Shown here in pieces: positions 24,799 through 38,489 of a stretch of 64,000 bases of DNA. The first letter of the stretch is position 1. The number at the start of each line of letters is the position of its first letter. The stretch is from Octopus bimaculoides (Eukaryota): NCBI RefSeq assembly GCF_001194135.2, contig NC_068989.1:57047665-57111664 (forward strand). The letters are read 5' to 3'. Made by a program: the position numbers and the translations under genes. The notes under the pieces were generated by a model, which did no database searches, had not been told where the DNA came from, and saw nothing but the letters and a program-made list of their open reading frames with translations.

Positions 24799-25469
24799 AT
24801 ATATATATATGTGTGTGTATATAGGTATCCTTCCCTCCCCCTCTCTCTCTCTCTCCCTCTCCACTTCTCTCTCTCTCTCCCTCTCCACTTCTCTCTCCCT
24901 CTCTCCCTCTCCACTTCTCTCTCTCTCTCTTGCTCCTGCCTCTCTCTCTCTTGCTCCTGCCTCTCTCTTCCTCTCTGTCTCGCGTAGCGTTACGGAAATC
25001 AATATATTGTCATGTTTCTAACTTTCAAACAACCAGACTAGAGTAATTTGCTACCGTTGTAATACAAGACGCCCTATCGGATTGTTTTCAGGTTAAGGGC
25101 CCATAGATGTTACCAGTAAATAATCAATATAACAATTTCTCTTCTTAACAAGTTACTTTCATTAAGATTCTGTAAAAATTAGCAAAAAGACACAGCAAAT
25201 AACAGCCAACAACATTTTGTGGCACAGTTCTAATGATTTTAATCATGAGAACGAAGCTATGGCTTTTTAAGGTGTTAATAATGTAAATGGTGAGTGTACA
25301 TTGCTGAATTTAAATTGTTTTTAATTTTCTGACTAATGCTAATGTCCATTATCACAACCAGTATGATATAAACTTGTTGCTATGGTAACTATTTCTAATT
25401 ACATTTCTTAAAATGTTGCTGTCCTTAGACTTTTGTAATATAATAAATAACATTAATGAATTACTACTA

Positions 25470-25790
25470 GTCTGATAGACAGCAGCACACATCAGTAAAT
25501 GATTTGTATATGCCGATCGCTATAAAAAGAGACCCGTGCTCTTTTAGTGTCATCGGTCGGGCGGAGTAACTTTAGCCAAGGGGGACACACGATGAGGTCG
25601 AAACACCGTGGTGGGTGTATCAAAGTCCCTTTACACCGGTGACTCGTGTGTGTCAAAAAGCGCATATTGTCTCAAGGCAAGACGTGTTCTCCGATGACGA
25701 AAGAATGCAGCGCTCAGATATACACGCTCGGATCTGCAAGAGCGTAATGAGAATGAATAGATACGTTATTGCTTGAATTATCTTCTTGAA
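25470..25790 (+). mobile_element. Unclassified dispersed repeat (solo LTR- or pLTR-like), copy 1
   Basis: Shares CAGCACACATCAG, CTATAAA...GTGCTCTT, GAAAGTC, CGATGA and AGAATGAATAGATACGT.ATTG with 38590-38880 and 36360-36530. Confidence 0.55.
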
Positions 25791-26587
25791 ATATTGACAG
25801 CATTAATGTTATCGTTGCACAAAAAATAAAAGAAAAAAAAATACTTGCTGTGGCTATTGTTATTTACATAAATAACGCATTATAATAATAATATATCATC
25901 AGTTCTGATCGGTGTGTTACACATAACTCTGTATTTCATTTGTCATGACCATTACCCACGTCTTCATAAAACTGATAGCACCGAAATCGTCTTCACTACC
26001 ACGACCAATGCCGCCGCTGCCACCACCACCACCACCACCACCACCACCATCTCCAACGCCATCATCGTAGTCGTCGTCATCATCATCATCATCATTATCA
26101 TCATCATCATCATCGTCATCATCATCATCGTCAACAACAACAATAACAACATCATCATCATCAGTCGACGTCATAATTATCAACAATAACAACCGACAAT
26201 TCTTGGAGCATACGTATCTCTTTCGTAGGGAGTTTGCTATTTTTTTCTAGCAATGCAGACAGTGCATTTGCCTTCTTGCCACATTCCACATAGCACATGG
26301 ATAATGAACGAGAAAGAGAGAGAAGAAACAAGAACTGACCCAAGTAACTGACGAGTACTTTATTGAATTCTGAAGGGGGGGAAAAAAAAAAAGACAAATC
26401 TAACCTCATCGGAATTTGAACTTACAATGCTGAAACAAATACCGACATAACGACTTGGCCGATTCGTAGCTTTTGTGACATTCTGCAATCTCAAGAGTGT
26501 CGTATTTCAAGAATGTCATAATTCAAGAAAGTTATAACATTTCTTGTATTACTATTATATATAACTCTGGCATAATATAATCCTTTC

Positions 26588-26751
26588 TTTACTTGTTTCA
26601 GTCACTGGACTGCGAGATTAAGACTTACTTCTGCCAGTTGAGTGAACTAGAGCAACGGGAAATGAAGTGTTTTGCTCACGAATACAAAGCATCTCTGGAC
26701 CCAGGAATCGAAGCCACATTCTAGCGATAAGTGTAACACCTTAACCACTAA

Positions 26752-26752
<1 letters not shown>
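26588..26752 (-). mobile_element. Degenerate tRNA-derived SINE
   Basis: Minus TTAGTGGTTAAGGTGTTACAC...GGCTTCGATTCCTGG...GAGCAAAACACTTCATTTCCCGTTGCTCTAGTTCACTCA. Confidence 0.7.
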
Positions 26753-26789
<37 letters not shown>

Positions 26790-27084
26790 CACACACAAAA
26801 GCACGCGTGTTTGAAAAGGTTAAACGAACGTGCTCGCACACTATAAAAAACTTCTCCCCCCCCCCCGACCAAAAAAAAAAGATTTCATAACAGTCTTTTT
26901 TAAAAAATTAATTAAAAAAAAATCACCTCTACACTTCAAAAATTGTATTAAGTAATTCTCAAAGACTTTCAAATATGTGTGCGTGTGTATGTGTGTGTGT
27001 GCGTGTGTGTGTGTGAGTGCGCGCACTCACACACATACATATGCACATACACACACGGCAAACACACACACACACATACATATG

Positions 27085-27240
27085 TTATGGACTTCCATAC
27101 AGTTTCCGTCTACGAAATTTATTTACAAGGTATTAGTCGGCCGGTAACTATCAAAGAAGTCACTTGCTTAAAGTGCCACTCACGAAGACTGAATTTGAAA
27201 CTAAACAGTGCAAAACGAACTTCTTAACCATACAGACATC
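27085..27240 (-). mobile_element. Degenerate SINE 5' half (246-612 family)
   Basis: CAGTTTCCGTCTACGAAATTT...GAAGTCACTTGCTTAAAGTGCCAC...CTTCTTAACCATACAG. Confidence 0.7.
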
Positions 27241-28990
27241 TTTCTGCCTTTATCACCAATTACTATTTCATGTAGAGACGTAATTTTACCGATGTCACAT
27301 TCTCTTTCACAATATCCTATTACATCTCTTATTTATTTTATATCACGACATGTCTATTTTACGATGTTATCTTCGTATATCATATTCTTGATCATTAATG
27401 TTGCTGTTGTTTTTTTTTTTAGCCCCAGGTCAACGTTAATTAAACAGATCTGTTAGACCATTAGGTCCTATGAAACGCAATCTAATGCATTACCATCCCT
27501 TTTTCTTCTACACACAGTGCATCCCAGGTTAATTACACTGATCAATGTATCCTTTTCCTTGTGAAGGGATGATGTGGTTTGAGAGACATCAAACGGAATG
27601 AAATAATAGCGTCTTCTATCAGTTCTCTCCCTTCACCAGCTCACCATCCCGATTTCCTCCACTGTATTTGATTGAAGAAACTAGACTTGTATACAATATT
27701 ATTTATTGCATGAGATTAATTATTTTATATCTAATTCAACATTAACGTCCTTAAAATCAATATTAAGCAGAAAAGGTCTGTCAAACACTGAGAATAATGA
27801 CAAAGAAATTTGCAAACTGATAAAAGAAATAAACAAAAACACAATTAAAGAAAAGCGTTTCTCCACCGTAAGTCCCTCAAATTTCCTTTAGAATCATGAA
27901 TTTCATCCAGAGAAGTTGTTATGTAATTTCTGATTTTTCGGACGTACAGGCTACCTTAGTAGGTGGAAAGTATCAGTGTAATACCTGTAAGCACTTTAAA
28001 GAATTGATAATTCACCTTTATTGATGAAATAATAGAGATAGCATCTTACTTTTTGGAGAAGTAAATACAGAATGATTTGAAATGACTTTTATCGATATCG
28101 TTATCACTGTCTACCTTGTTGATTTTCTAATGTTCAAATATCGATTTCCCGTAAAGTTATCTTTAATATCGTCACAGTCACTACTTGCATCACAACAACA
28201 ACAACAGCAACAGCAGCAGCAGCAGCAATAATACAGAGACTATTGATAATCATTGTCATTGACGTCGCAGTCGCCGTCGTTGCTATAGAGAGAGAGTTGA
28301 TCATCATCGTCATCGTGTCGTTATCATCTGCATCATTAATTTCATCGTTATTACTATGAGCATCATCTTCCTGATCGATGCAAGCAACATGTTTATGTAT
28401 TCAATCTTGTATATTAGTCACCAATGTCTTATGCAACATCCACCATAAAATACTTATATACTATAAAGTAGAATTCATTGATAATATTAGTAACATGTTA
28501 TACAATACCCCACTTAGCAAAAGTGGAATCGAGGACCATAAAACATGTTATTGCTTTTCGTTACATTATGTATATTTTGAATAATATATTCTTTACAGTA
28601 ATTATGTCATTGTTGAGTTATATTCCTTTTTTACAATCGAACATCGAACAAACTAAGTGCACAGGTGTGGCTGTATACTGTGGGCAAGGGCCTCTTTTTC
28701 TCTCTAGTCTTGAGTAGGAGAAAGATTTGTGCATGAAATTTGGTGAACGGAAACGCAATAGAAATCTGTCGAAGGGACATTTACCGTGTTTGTGAAAGAG
28801 ACTAAATTCGTTGTTGGATTAACGCCACGACCAGGGCCTCTTTGTTGCCTTTACAGGAATGCAATCAGTTACTAGCAATGAGGCCACGTCTCCGGTCTGT
28901 GCATAACTTTATCTCTATATGTCTCAATCTCAGAGGGTTTAAAAAGGGCATAGATTCTGTCCCCCTCCCTCTAAGTAAAATAATAATAAT

Positions 28991-29211
28991 ATTCCTTTCT
29001 ATTACAGACCCAAGGCATCCTAGATTTTGTTGTGTGGGGTGGTAGCCAATGACATCGACCTCAGTACTCAACTGGTATTTAATTTATCGACCCCGAAAGG
29101 ATGAAAGACAAAGTTGACCTCGGCAGAATTTGAACTCAGAATATAGCGGCAGACGAAATGCCGCTAAGTATTTCGCGCGGCGTGCTAACGATTCTTCCAG
29201 CTGGCCGCCTT
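28991..29211 (-). mobile_element. Monomeric SINE flanked on both sides by (AAT)n
   Basis: Reverse complement of the 21062 family: GGCGGCCAGCTGGAAGAATCGTTAGCACGCCGCGCGAAATAC...GAGTTCAAATTCTGCCGAGGTCAACTTTGTC. Confidence 0.9.
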
Positions 29212-29212
29212 C

Positions 29213-29258
<46 letters not shown>

Positions 29259-29300
29259 CAACACCAATAACAACAACAGCTACATCAACANNNNNNNNNN

Positions 29301-29366
<66 letters not shown>

Positions 29367-29440
29367 CAACAACACCAATAACAACAACAGCTACATCAAC
29401 AACAACAACTACTACAATAATAATAATAATAATAATGATA

Positions 29441-29478
<38 letters not shown>

Positions 29479-29479
<1 letters not shown>

Positions 29480-30915
29480 TTTGGACTCTCAAAATGTGCT
29501 ACGATGGTGATGAGACGAGGAAAGCTTTTCAGAAAAAGGCATATGGTGAAATGATGCAGATAATTCAACCTGAATCCTGCTATAAATACCTGGGAATACT
29601 TGAGGCAGATGGAATCAAACACATGGACATAAAAGAAAAGATAAAAAGAGCGTACCTGCGGTGAGTGAGAAAACTATTGGCTTCAAAGCTAAATGCAAGA
29701 AATATATTTTCGGCAATAAACACGCGCGCAGTCGCGGGAGTTCGGTATGGCGCTGGAATCCTGAAGTGGACACAAGAGGAAGTAAAGGAGGTGGACAAGA
29801 AGTCAAGAAAGCTTCTAGCGATGCATGGTGCCTATCATCCACGTGCGGACACTGATCGCCTATACATGCAGAGATCAAAAGGAGGAAGAGAACTAATAAG
29901 TGTAGAAGGCTGTGTATGTATCGAACTTGAGTGTTTAATGAGATACGTAGCCCAAAGTAAGCTAAGTAAGCCCTCGCTCCTAACTGTTACTTGCAAGGGA
30001 GTACTGAAAGCAGACATAAATGGAAAAACAAAGGAAGAAATGCAAAAGGGACACGAAGAAGAGTTATGGATGAAGGGACTACACAATCCATTCCATGCAT
30101 GCACAACATAAGTTGCTGGAAAAAATAAGAGGGATTGGCTGATGAAAGGAACATTACAAAAAGAGACCGATAGCACTATACTGGCAGCGCAANNNNNNNN
30201 NNGCGCAAGACCAAGCTTTGGTCTCGAACTGGAGGATCAACCTTAGGAATGAGTAAGTGTCTCCGCTGTGCCGCATCTGTAATAGAGTGGATGAAACCAT
30301 TGCCCATATCACGAACGAATTCCCTAGACTTGCCCAAAACCACCACAAGCTGTGGCGTCACGATCAGGTAGCTACATTGGAAATTGTGCGAAAAGTGGGG
30401 GCTAGAGAGAGGCAAGGCGTGGTATTAGCACAAATTGCAGAGAGTGGTGGAGTCGGAGACTAGCGGAATCCTCTGGGATTTCCCAATCCAAACAGATGAG
30501 GAGCTAGAGCATAACAGACCGGACCTAGCGATGGTGGACAAGATGCACCACATATGCATGCCCCTTGTTGCATGCCCCTTTGACCCACAAATAGTCAAGA
30601 AAGAAAACTAAAAGATAGATAGATACAGCCCTCTTAAGTACGTAATAGCCTGGCTATGGAAAATGAAGAAGGTGAAGATAATGCCAATTATTGTTGCGTC
30701 TTTGGGAACAGTATCAAAAGTCATCAAAGGAAATCGGAATAGAGTGCCCAGTAGAACTGTTACAAAAGGTGTGCCTTCTTGGCACAGCTAGAATAATCAG
30801 GAAAGTATTAGATAGCTGAAAAGAACGGAGAGGATGGTACCGTTGGCTGCAAGTAGTATGCCCGCTACTCATGTAAGGCTCCGGGATCTCCAGCAAAACC
30901 TGTGATAAAGAGAAA
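29479..30915 (+). mobile_element. 5'-truncated R4/Dong-clade RLE LINE within (AAT)/(GAT) microsatellite
   Basis: YKYLGILEADGIKH (late RT), AINTRAVAGVRYGAG, HPRADTDRLYMQRSKGGRELIS, LAAQDQAL, CRIC..VDETIAHI..RHDQVA (zinc knuckle), LWDFPIQTD..HNRPD (RLE), LLGTARIIRKVLDS* (stop 30817-30819). The 3' UTR ends at (TAA)n from 30916. Several stops and frameshifts. Confidence 0.93.
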
Positions 30916-31327
30916 TAATAATAATAATGTAATGATGTGAAGAAGAAGAAGAAGAAGAAGAAGAAGAAGAAGAAGAAGAAGAAGAAGAAATGTCATTCTA
31001 TTATGTGTAATATAATGAAAAATTTTCCACTTAATATGTGGTAGTTGAGGATAAACTTTTTCTTGGTATGTTTTGTGCGATCATAATCTCCGTGCCAGCA
31101 GATTCTTTGTTATATACTTATTGAAAGAAAAAAAAAAAGAAATGAATTTAACCTTAAAGATTGAACTCATGCATATCAATGCATAAGAAAAAGACGATAT
31201 TGAATAAGAGCTGTAAGGTAGGATTCAAAATATAAATAAAAATATTTTAATTGAAATATGTAAAAACTAGAATTAAAAATATTAATTTAATTTTATATCG
31301 ATTCAAAAGTTGTTTGTAGTTTTGATC

Positions 31328-31358
<31 letters not shown>

Positions 31359-31392
31359 TACTTATCCAATGATCATTATATATACATAAATA

Positions 31393-31426
<34 letters not shown>

Positions 31427-31987
31427 TANNNNNNNNNNNNNNNNNNNNNNNNNNNNNNNNNNNNNNNNNNNNNNNNNNNNNNNNNNNNNNNNNNNNNNNN
31501 NNNNNNNNNNNNNNNNNNNNNNNNNNNNNNNNNNNNNNNNNNNNNNNNNNNNNNNNNNNNNNNNNNNNNNNNNNNNNNNNNNNNNNNNNNNNNNNNNNNN
31601 NNNNNNNNNNNNNNNNNNNNNNNNNNNNNNNNNNNNNNNNNNNNNNNNNNNNNNNNNNNNNNNNNNNNNNNNNNNNNNNNNNNNNNNNNNNNNNNNNNNN
31701 NNNNNNNNNNNNNNNNNNNNNNNNNNNNNNNNNNNNNNNNNNNNNNNNNNNNNNNNNNNNNNNNNNNNNNNNNNNNNNNNNNNNNNNNNNNNNNNNNNNN
31801 NNNNNNNNNNNNNNNNNNNNNNNNNNNNNNNNNNNNNNNNNNNNNNNNNNNNNNNNNNNNNNNNNNNNNNNNNNNNNNNNNNNNNNNNNNNNNNNNNNNN
31901 NNNNNNNNNNNNNNNNNNNNNNNNNNNNNNNNNNNNNNNNNNNNNNNNNAACTGTCTTGCTATTATATCAGTGTATATTAATTTCTA

Positions 31988-32329
31988 GTGGAGACGCAAT
32001 GGCCCAGTGATTAGGGCAGCGGACTCGCGGTTTCGATTCCCAGACCGGGCTTTGTGAGTGTTTATTGAGCGAAAACACCTAAGGCTCCACGAGGCTCCGG
32101 TAGGGGATGGTGGTGAACCCTGCTGTACTCTTTCACCACAACTTTCTCTCACTCTTTCTTCCTGTTTCTGTTGTCCCTGTATTTCAAAAGGCCAGCCTTG
32201 TCACACTGTGTCACGTGTCTGTGAAGTGCTCAGCCACTTGCACGTTAATTTCACAAGCAGGCTGTTCCATTGATCGGATCAACTGGAACCCTCGACGAGG
32301 TAAGCGACGGAGTGCCAACAACAACAACA
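31988..32329 (+). mobile_element. SINE, second copy of the 17221 family, with two internal deletions
   Basis: Colinear with 17221-17609 except for 14 bp and 35 bp deletions; (CAA)n tail. Confidence 0.92.
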
Positions 32330-33717
32330 GGTTTACATTTCTTCTAGAAAGAGATATGTAGAGGTTGGACAAAAGGCCACGAAGTCTGACTGCACAATAC
32401 GATCTATGGGCTTAATAAAGTGGTTCTAACTGTTACACCAACTGCATTTTTGTTTGTGATTTTGGCCTATGCTATATATACAATTCAATTGATTAAAGTA
32501 AATATCTGATAATAATTTTATGAACGTCAGTAGAGTAGTAAGCAGACAGAATTTGAAAGTTTTGCATCTACAAGTAAATAAGGCTAGGCATTTAGTAGGG
32601 CACACTGCCGTTTCCCTCACTGTAGGACATTTATGTGCACAGCGTGACTAATTTAGAGATTAGGCATAATGGATTACATTGAATCCAGTACTTGACGCGT
32701 ACCTATTTTAGTAAGTAGATGGCAAGAAAAATGAAGTCGACATATATAGCATTTGAACTCAAGGCATAAATATAGCCACACTCTCAGTTACACCAATCAA
32801 TCGCATTAAAAGATGTTCTTTTAGCATTCACACAAGACCACATATTTTCGAGGCTTATTTAGTTGATTAAATCAATATCAATACTTAACTGCCCTTTTGT
32901 TTCATTATGTCCAGAAAAAAGAAAGTCTCCGTTGATATTTTAAGAACATAACTGGTAATACAAAATACCTCATAGCATACTTTGCAGCTCTGTCAATGCT
33001 ACCTAACTACTGAGGCTCAACACATTCAAATTGAAAACATGCCTATTAAGATATACTGATAGTGGACTTCAAAATATGTTGCTAGCATAAATACTCTTGC
33101 TTGACGATGGTATATTGCATTTTTGTGAATCCAATATATAGAAAACCAAAAATATTTCACTTTTGTAATGAACAATAAACGATCACTGTGTTACTCATTG
33201 ATGTATACTTTACATGTTTAAGCATTATCTTATGAGCTGCTCAAAGTTACAATTTTCTTTCTATTAAAGAGTGCAACAGAAAAACGTCTCATATTTTACA
33301 CGGCTATTGATATGGTACCAATAAAGTACGATGTCTTCAATGGCAATAGTGTCTTTATGTGGTTAATCTTGCATTTTATTATTATTTGATCTTTTTATTG
33401 TGGTGGTTGTGGTGGTGGGGGGATGAAACATCATCATTGTTTGGTCTGTTGCATGCCGTGCGTTGACTGTAAAATAAGGGAGGTTTTTAACTTACTCTGG
33501 AGAACTTCAAATGTCATGGGGAAAACAATAACATTTAGTTATAATGCAATATTTAATGTCTATTAGTCATCTCAATAAATCCCGTGGTGCAATGAAAATT
33601 TGATTGAAGTTTCTGAGTGTCAGCGTATTAATTTCAACGGGAATTGTTAAATTTCTTCCAGTTGAAACTTTCATTATCTGTAACATTTAAGGTGAATAAA
33701 AGATAAAGTTAATTCAA

Positions 33718-33807
<90 letters not shown>

Positions 33808-35124
33808 TGTTTTCAGTTATATCAGCAATACATTTCTGGTTTTTAGAAATAGTTCCAAGAGATTCACTGAACTGTGTTTTCTCCAACTTTAAGTAATAAC
33901 CTGCAACCAAAGATGAGTTTTGCGTTACCTCATCATAACATATTGAATTACAACTATCATGCAAACATCGTGGAGTGGCCGAGGACTTAGTGATTTCTCA
34001 TTCATTCTTTTTCCCTTCCAATAATTCCACATTACTTATTGTCACTTGTAACAAAAAACAATTTCGTAAGGAATGAACATGAGCAGCGATCCCCGCAACA
34101 CAGAATCACCTTCTCCAAACTGACCTTGTTCCCACAACTTCAATGCTTTTCACTAAGTTGAGACTTCGTAAACATCTCACAAGAAGACTTGACAATCTAG
34201 TTCCATTCATCAATATCTAAATACAAACACTACACATCTCAAGGGAACTGACCACAACACTGCATCATTAATACTCATTTTAAATACACAAAGCTATCAC
34301 ATTCAATAACACTGATTGATGAAAATCTAGAAATGGTTTTCTGTCACGAACATCAGTTAACTGTATAAAAACTGAAACACTACTCTCGAGTGTAGGACGG
34401 AAGCATGTTCTGGGCGCTGTCCGAAGTATATCTGGATGTGTGATAGACAACATTTAAGTAATAACAATAATCTACACATTTTAATCTTCTGTCTTGCAGT
34501 GTTCTTTATAAGTTTCTTTCATCAAACTGACACTAATGTATTTTATTGACTATATAAACATCTCAACTGAATACTCTCAAAACAACCACCTCTTCTTCTC
34601 AATTACTTCAATTACATTAAACCTTTCATCACTCGAGATATATTCCACAGCACATTTATATTCGCCTTTTCTTAACATAGACTACACTCCAGGAGTTTAA
34701 TTTGAGCCTCACAGTTATTCCCATACATGCACGAATACTCTCCGTTCATTTTATCCTAATTGTTAATATAAGTTTTAATTATTGATTAAACAGACATTGA
34801 AGATAGTATCTTTACAGAAATAGTAAATTTTCTTGAACATAAATTACCTTAATGGTATTAGGAATATATACAACTTATCTCCTATGTAAATAGTTTCAAA
34901 AATATACTGTTTACAGATTTCTTGTTTAAATTAACTTAGCTTGTAACAACTTTTCTTTGCTCACACATTTATCATCGTCATGAGAAAAGCATGTTGCTGT
35001 GATTGAAATATTTAACACTTATTAATGATAAAAAGTGTATAATATATATTTTACACTAGGTGTGAGCACACGTACAGAATACATACGAAATGAATTTCGC
35101 TTTTTTAACACTCTTTTTATTATA

Positions 35125-35160
<36 letters not shown>

Positions 35161-35170
35161 NNNNNNNNNN

Positions 35171-35187
35171 CGACGCTCTTCCGATCT
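35171..35187 (+). other. Illumina adapter remnant (assembly contamination)
   Basis: CGACGCTCTTCCGATCT is an exact match to the 3' end of the Illumina Read 1 primer/adapter (ACACTCTTTCCCTACACGACGCTCTTCCGATCT) and lies immediately after a 10-N gap. Confidence 0.95.
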
Positions 35188-35907
35188 TATCTATACATAC
35201 ATAACTTTTTGACCTCCAGGTTACTGTTGTTCGAGAATGCAAACAAAGAACCATCGCTATACAGACCACCAGAAATATTTGGGAACTAGTCCCTGAGACA
35301 GTGGAAAAGGTACCACCCTACGAGGTCGGTTACTTGGGATGCGTCACTCGCCCACATTGAGATGTCTAGGTCATTGGGGGTTTCCTTTCAGTCCTGAACT
35401 ATAGTAACCGGGATGTCGAACATGTTCGTAAAAAAATTATATACTTCTTTAAGAACGTGAGCCCTAGCGTCTCTTTTTAGCTTCAATCTTAAAACGCAAA
35501 TTTCCTCGACGTTACTCTAGATTTGCAGGATGACACCTATCCTTACCACAAACTCAGTGAGAACATAAACTACTTTAACTGTTTATCGAATCAGCCTCCT
35601 GATGATGATGATGGCGTTGATGGCTATGGAAACAGTGATGATGATGATGACGATGACGACAACGAAGAAGATGATGATGATGATGATGATGATGATAACG
35701 ACGATGACGACAACGAAGAACATATTTCCTTTTTTCAATTTCCATATGGATGTTGTTTAACGAATTCTTGAAAAGTATATTACCACATTACGTTGTATCT
35801 TAAAAATTTCATATCACAGTTACGTATCAGACAACCAGTTATTATTTTATGAATTCAAGTCTTCTTGAAATATATTGATACATCATATCGTATATTTCAT
35901 TCTATGA

Positions 35908-36145
35908 GGCACGTGGCCAAGAAGTTAGAATGTTGCATTTACTATCGTGTGATCGTGGGTCCGATTTTCAGACCAGGCAGTGAGTTGTGTTTTCGAGCAA
36001 AACACTTCATCTCACATCACTTTGCGATCATTTTGACAAGTGTGGTACACCTTGCACCGGTACAGACAATGTTGATTTGATATAGGAATTGAGCTTATGA
36101 GCAGCACAACTTGATCACAATAACCAGGTTGTTCAGTAAGAAATT
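35908..36145 (+). mobile_element. Degenerate tRNA-derived SINE
   Basis: GTGGCCAAGAAGTTAGAATGTTG...GGGTCCGATTTTCAGACCAGGC...CGAGCAAAACACTTCATCTCAC head shared with 26588-26752. Confidence 0.55.
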
Positions 36146-36359
36146 GCCGAATCATTATATTTAATTATGCATTGCCTTAATGTTTTTAGCATTCAAATTC
36201 ACTAACAAACCTTTTCTGGAAAATTTGCCTTCGATAACTCTTGAAGAGATATGATATTTTCTTCGACAGAAAAGGAGAAATTTAACTCCCAATCAAGAAT
36301 TAATTATCAACCTTCTGTATCCCCATAACTATTTGACTGAAGAAGCACACAAAGAGATG

Positions 36360-36650
36360 GTATCATCGCGACATTTGAAAGTCCCCTTACATCAGTGAAT
36401 CACGTATGTCATGGAACCACATCGTCTAAAGGAGGAAGGTATTTTCCGATGATGAAAAACAACAGCGATCAACATATTCATCTTCGAATTCACCAGAACG
36501 TATTAAGAATGAATAGATACGTTATTGTTACAACTTCTATGATCTCCTACAAATTTATAAACTGTCTTGGAAATCTGAAGTTTGTTCAGGAAGACAGGAC
36601 TTTGTAATACTTTTGTTTATGAAGAAATGCTTGATTTTGCTGCTTTCACA
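36360..36650 (+). mobile_element. Unclassified dispersed repeat, copy 2
   Basis: Colinear with 38715-39000 from ATCATCGCGA..TTGAAAGTC to TTTGTTTATGA.GAAATG.TTGATTTT. Confidence 0.65.
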
Positions 36651-37141
36651 TAATAGTTATGAAAAAATGTACGCAGATCATTCGTTTTAACTTTAAGTAA
36701 TCAATTTATCAAACGTTCTGTTTCAAACTAATGATATCAAAATTTACGATTTGATATAACTTTAAAGAGTCCGTTTATGATATTGAGAAATAATTTGTTT
36801 CAGACATTCAGTTACAAGACTATCGAAATAATTCCAGCTCTTTTTATTTAATGATGTGAAACGAAAAAATATTTTGTAAGATAAAGTGTATAGTCAGGAA
36901 TGTATTGAGTAGTATCAAGCCTTTACGCATTCACACAATGAAGATGGCAGGAAAGTAGATTCATTTAGGAGAAATGTTTTTTCTTCCTCGAAAATAATAG
37001 CTTCTCTTAGTTCAGAGGGAAATTTCTCCATGTTTACTGAAAGTAAATCTCTCTTTAAAATACGTGATGAATTTAACTTCATTTGGTAAGATAAAATGAA
37101 AGTGTAAGAAAGAAATGTAAGACAAGTAGATGTCGATAGAT

Positions 37142-37223
<82 letters not shown>

Positions 37224-38094
37224 AAAGAGAAGAGGGAGGGAGAAAGATGGATGGATGAAAAGAAGCCACAGAAAGAAAGTAAGTCAGTGAGCAATTAGTA
37301 TATGTACTGATTAAAATTTTATCAATCAACAGATCTCACTACTGGTTTTGGGGGAGTCAATATTTTACTCAGGATCTACTAAGTATTAATGCTTCCCGTC
37401 ACTATATTGTTCTTTTCAACCTCTATTTTAGAACTGTTAGTAAGACATGCAAACATATTAATATTATGTCAACAAAACGAAGAAAAGGTTGATGAAGCAG
37501 TTCTGAATATAGGCGCCGGCCATTTTAGATAATTCATTTGTCTACATGAGCGAATAATAACGTAATTATGTAACCAAACTGTGAGTACAATGGAGATTGA
37601 TTTTTGATTTTTATCATAAAGCTGATGTGATTCCAGCAATGTGCTTACATCGATAAAATAGGAAAGTGAGTAACAGGGTTTCCTTGTATATTTTGTATCT
37701 ATTTATTTATACAAACAACACACTGCGCAAAGCAATTTAATAAATGATGTTGGTTTGAATTTTTAAGTAAATAATTGATGCACTGTTTGTCTGCGTCATT
37801 CCTGAATCGAACTTGGAAGATTTTTACTTTTATAGCCATGAGAAAGGCTATTTAATGTTTTCCTATTTGACCTCTGATACTAATTTGTACAGCCACCGCT
37901 GATAGTTTGTCTTTAAGCTGGATAAAATTTATTGATATCTGCGGTATATATGCATACATACTGCCAGGCATAATAAACAACCACACATTTATAAAATTCA
38001 CTCTTCTCTCTCTTTCTCTTTCAGTCACACAAACATAAACGTATATATGCATGTGTGCGTGTACACACACAACACACACTTAATGTAAATAATG

Positions 38095-38165
<71 letters not shown>

Positions 38166-38489
38166 TTATATATAGAGAGAAAGAGAGAGCAAATCAAGTA
38201 CAAAAGACTACAAAATTCCTAAGTAAGTTCGCATTTAATATTATTAAACGTGCACATAAAGGGTGGAGGTGCAGTTTTTCTACTTTAAAATGTATTAATA
38301 AAAAGATATTATCCTTAAGTTTTATCTTTTTATGAAAGTTTTTCTTTATTTCCTTATCATCCCGTTATATTTCGTTAGGAACAATAAAACTTCTAGTTCC
38401 ATCGACGTTTCTAGATGTTCTTGTTCTTATTCTTTAGTTGAAATAGTTATCAGTCCTTGAGTGATACCCATTTTATATGAAACTTGCAA

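Noticed and set aside
25092-25288. Segment between TTTTCAG and GTGAGT as a coding exon
   Set aside because: All three frames have early stops; it could only be non-coding and has no further support.
25585-25625. Hammerhead-like CACGATGAGGTCGAAACACCGTGGTGGGTGT
   Set aside because: The core deviates at C3/U4, the NUH junction is incomplete, and the homologous copy near 38700 lacks the motif.
29158-29664. 168 aa poly-Asn/Asp ORF ending in YKYLGILEADG
   Set aside because: A chance fusion of SINE end, microsatellite and truncated LINE RT; not a gene.
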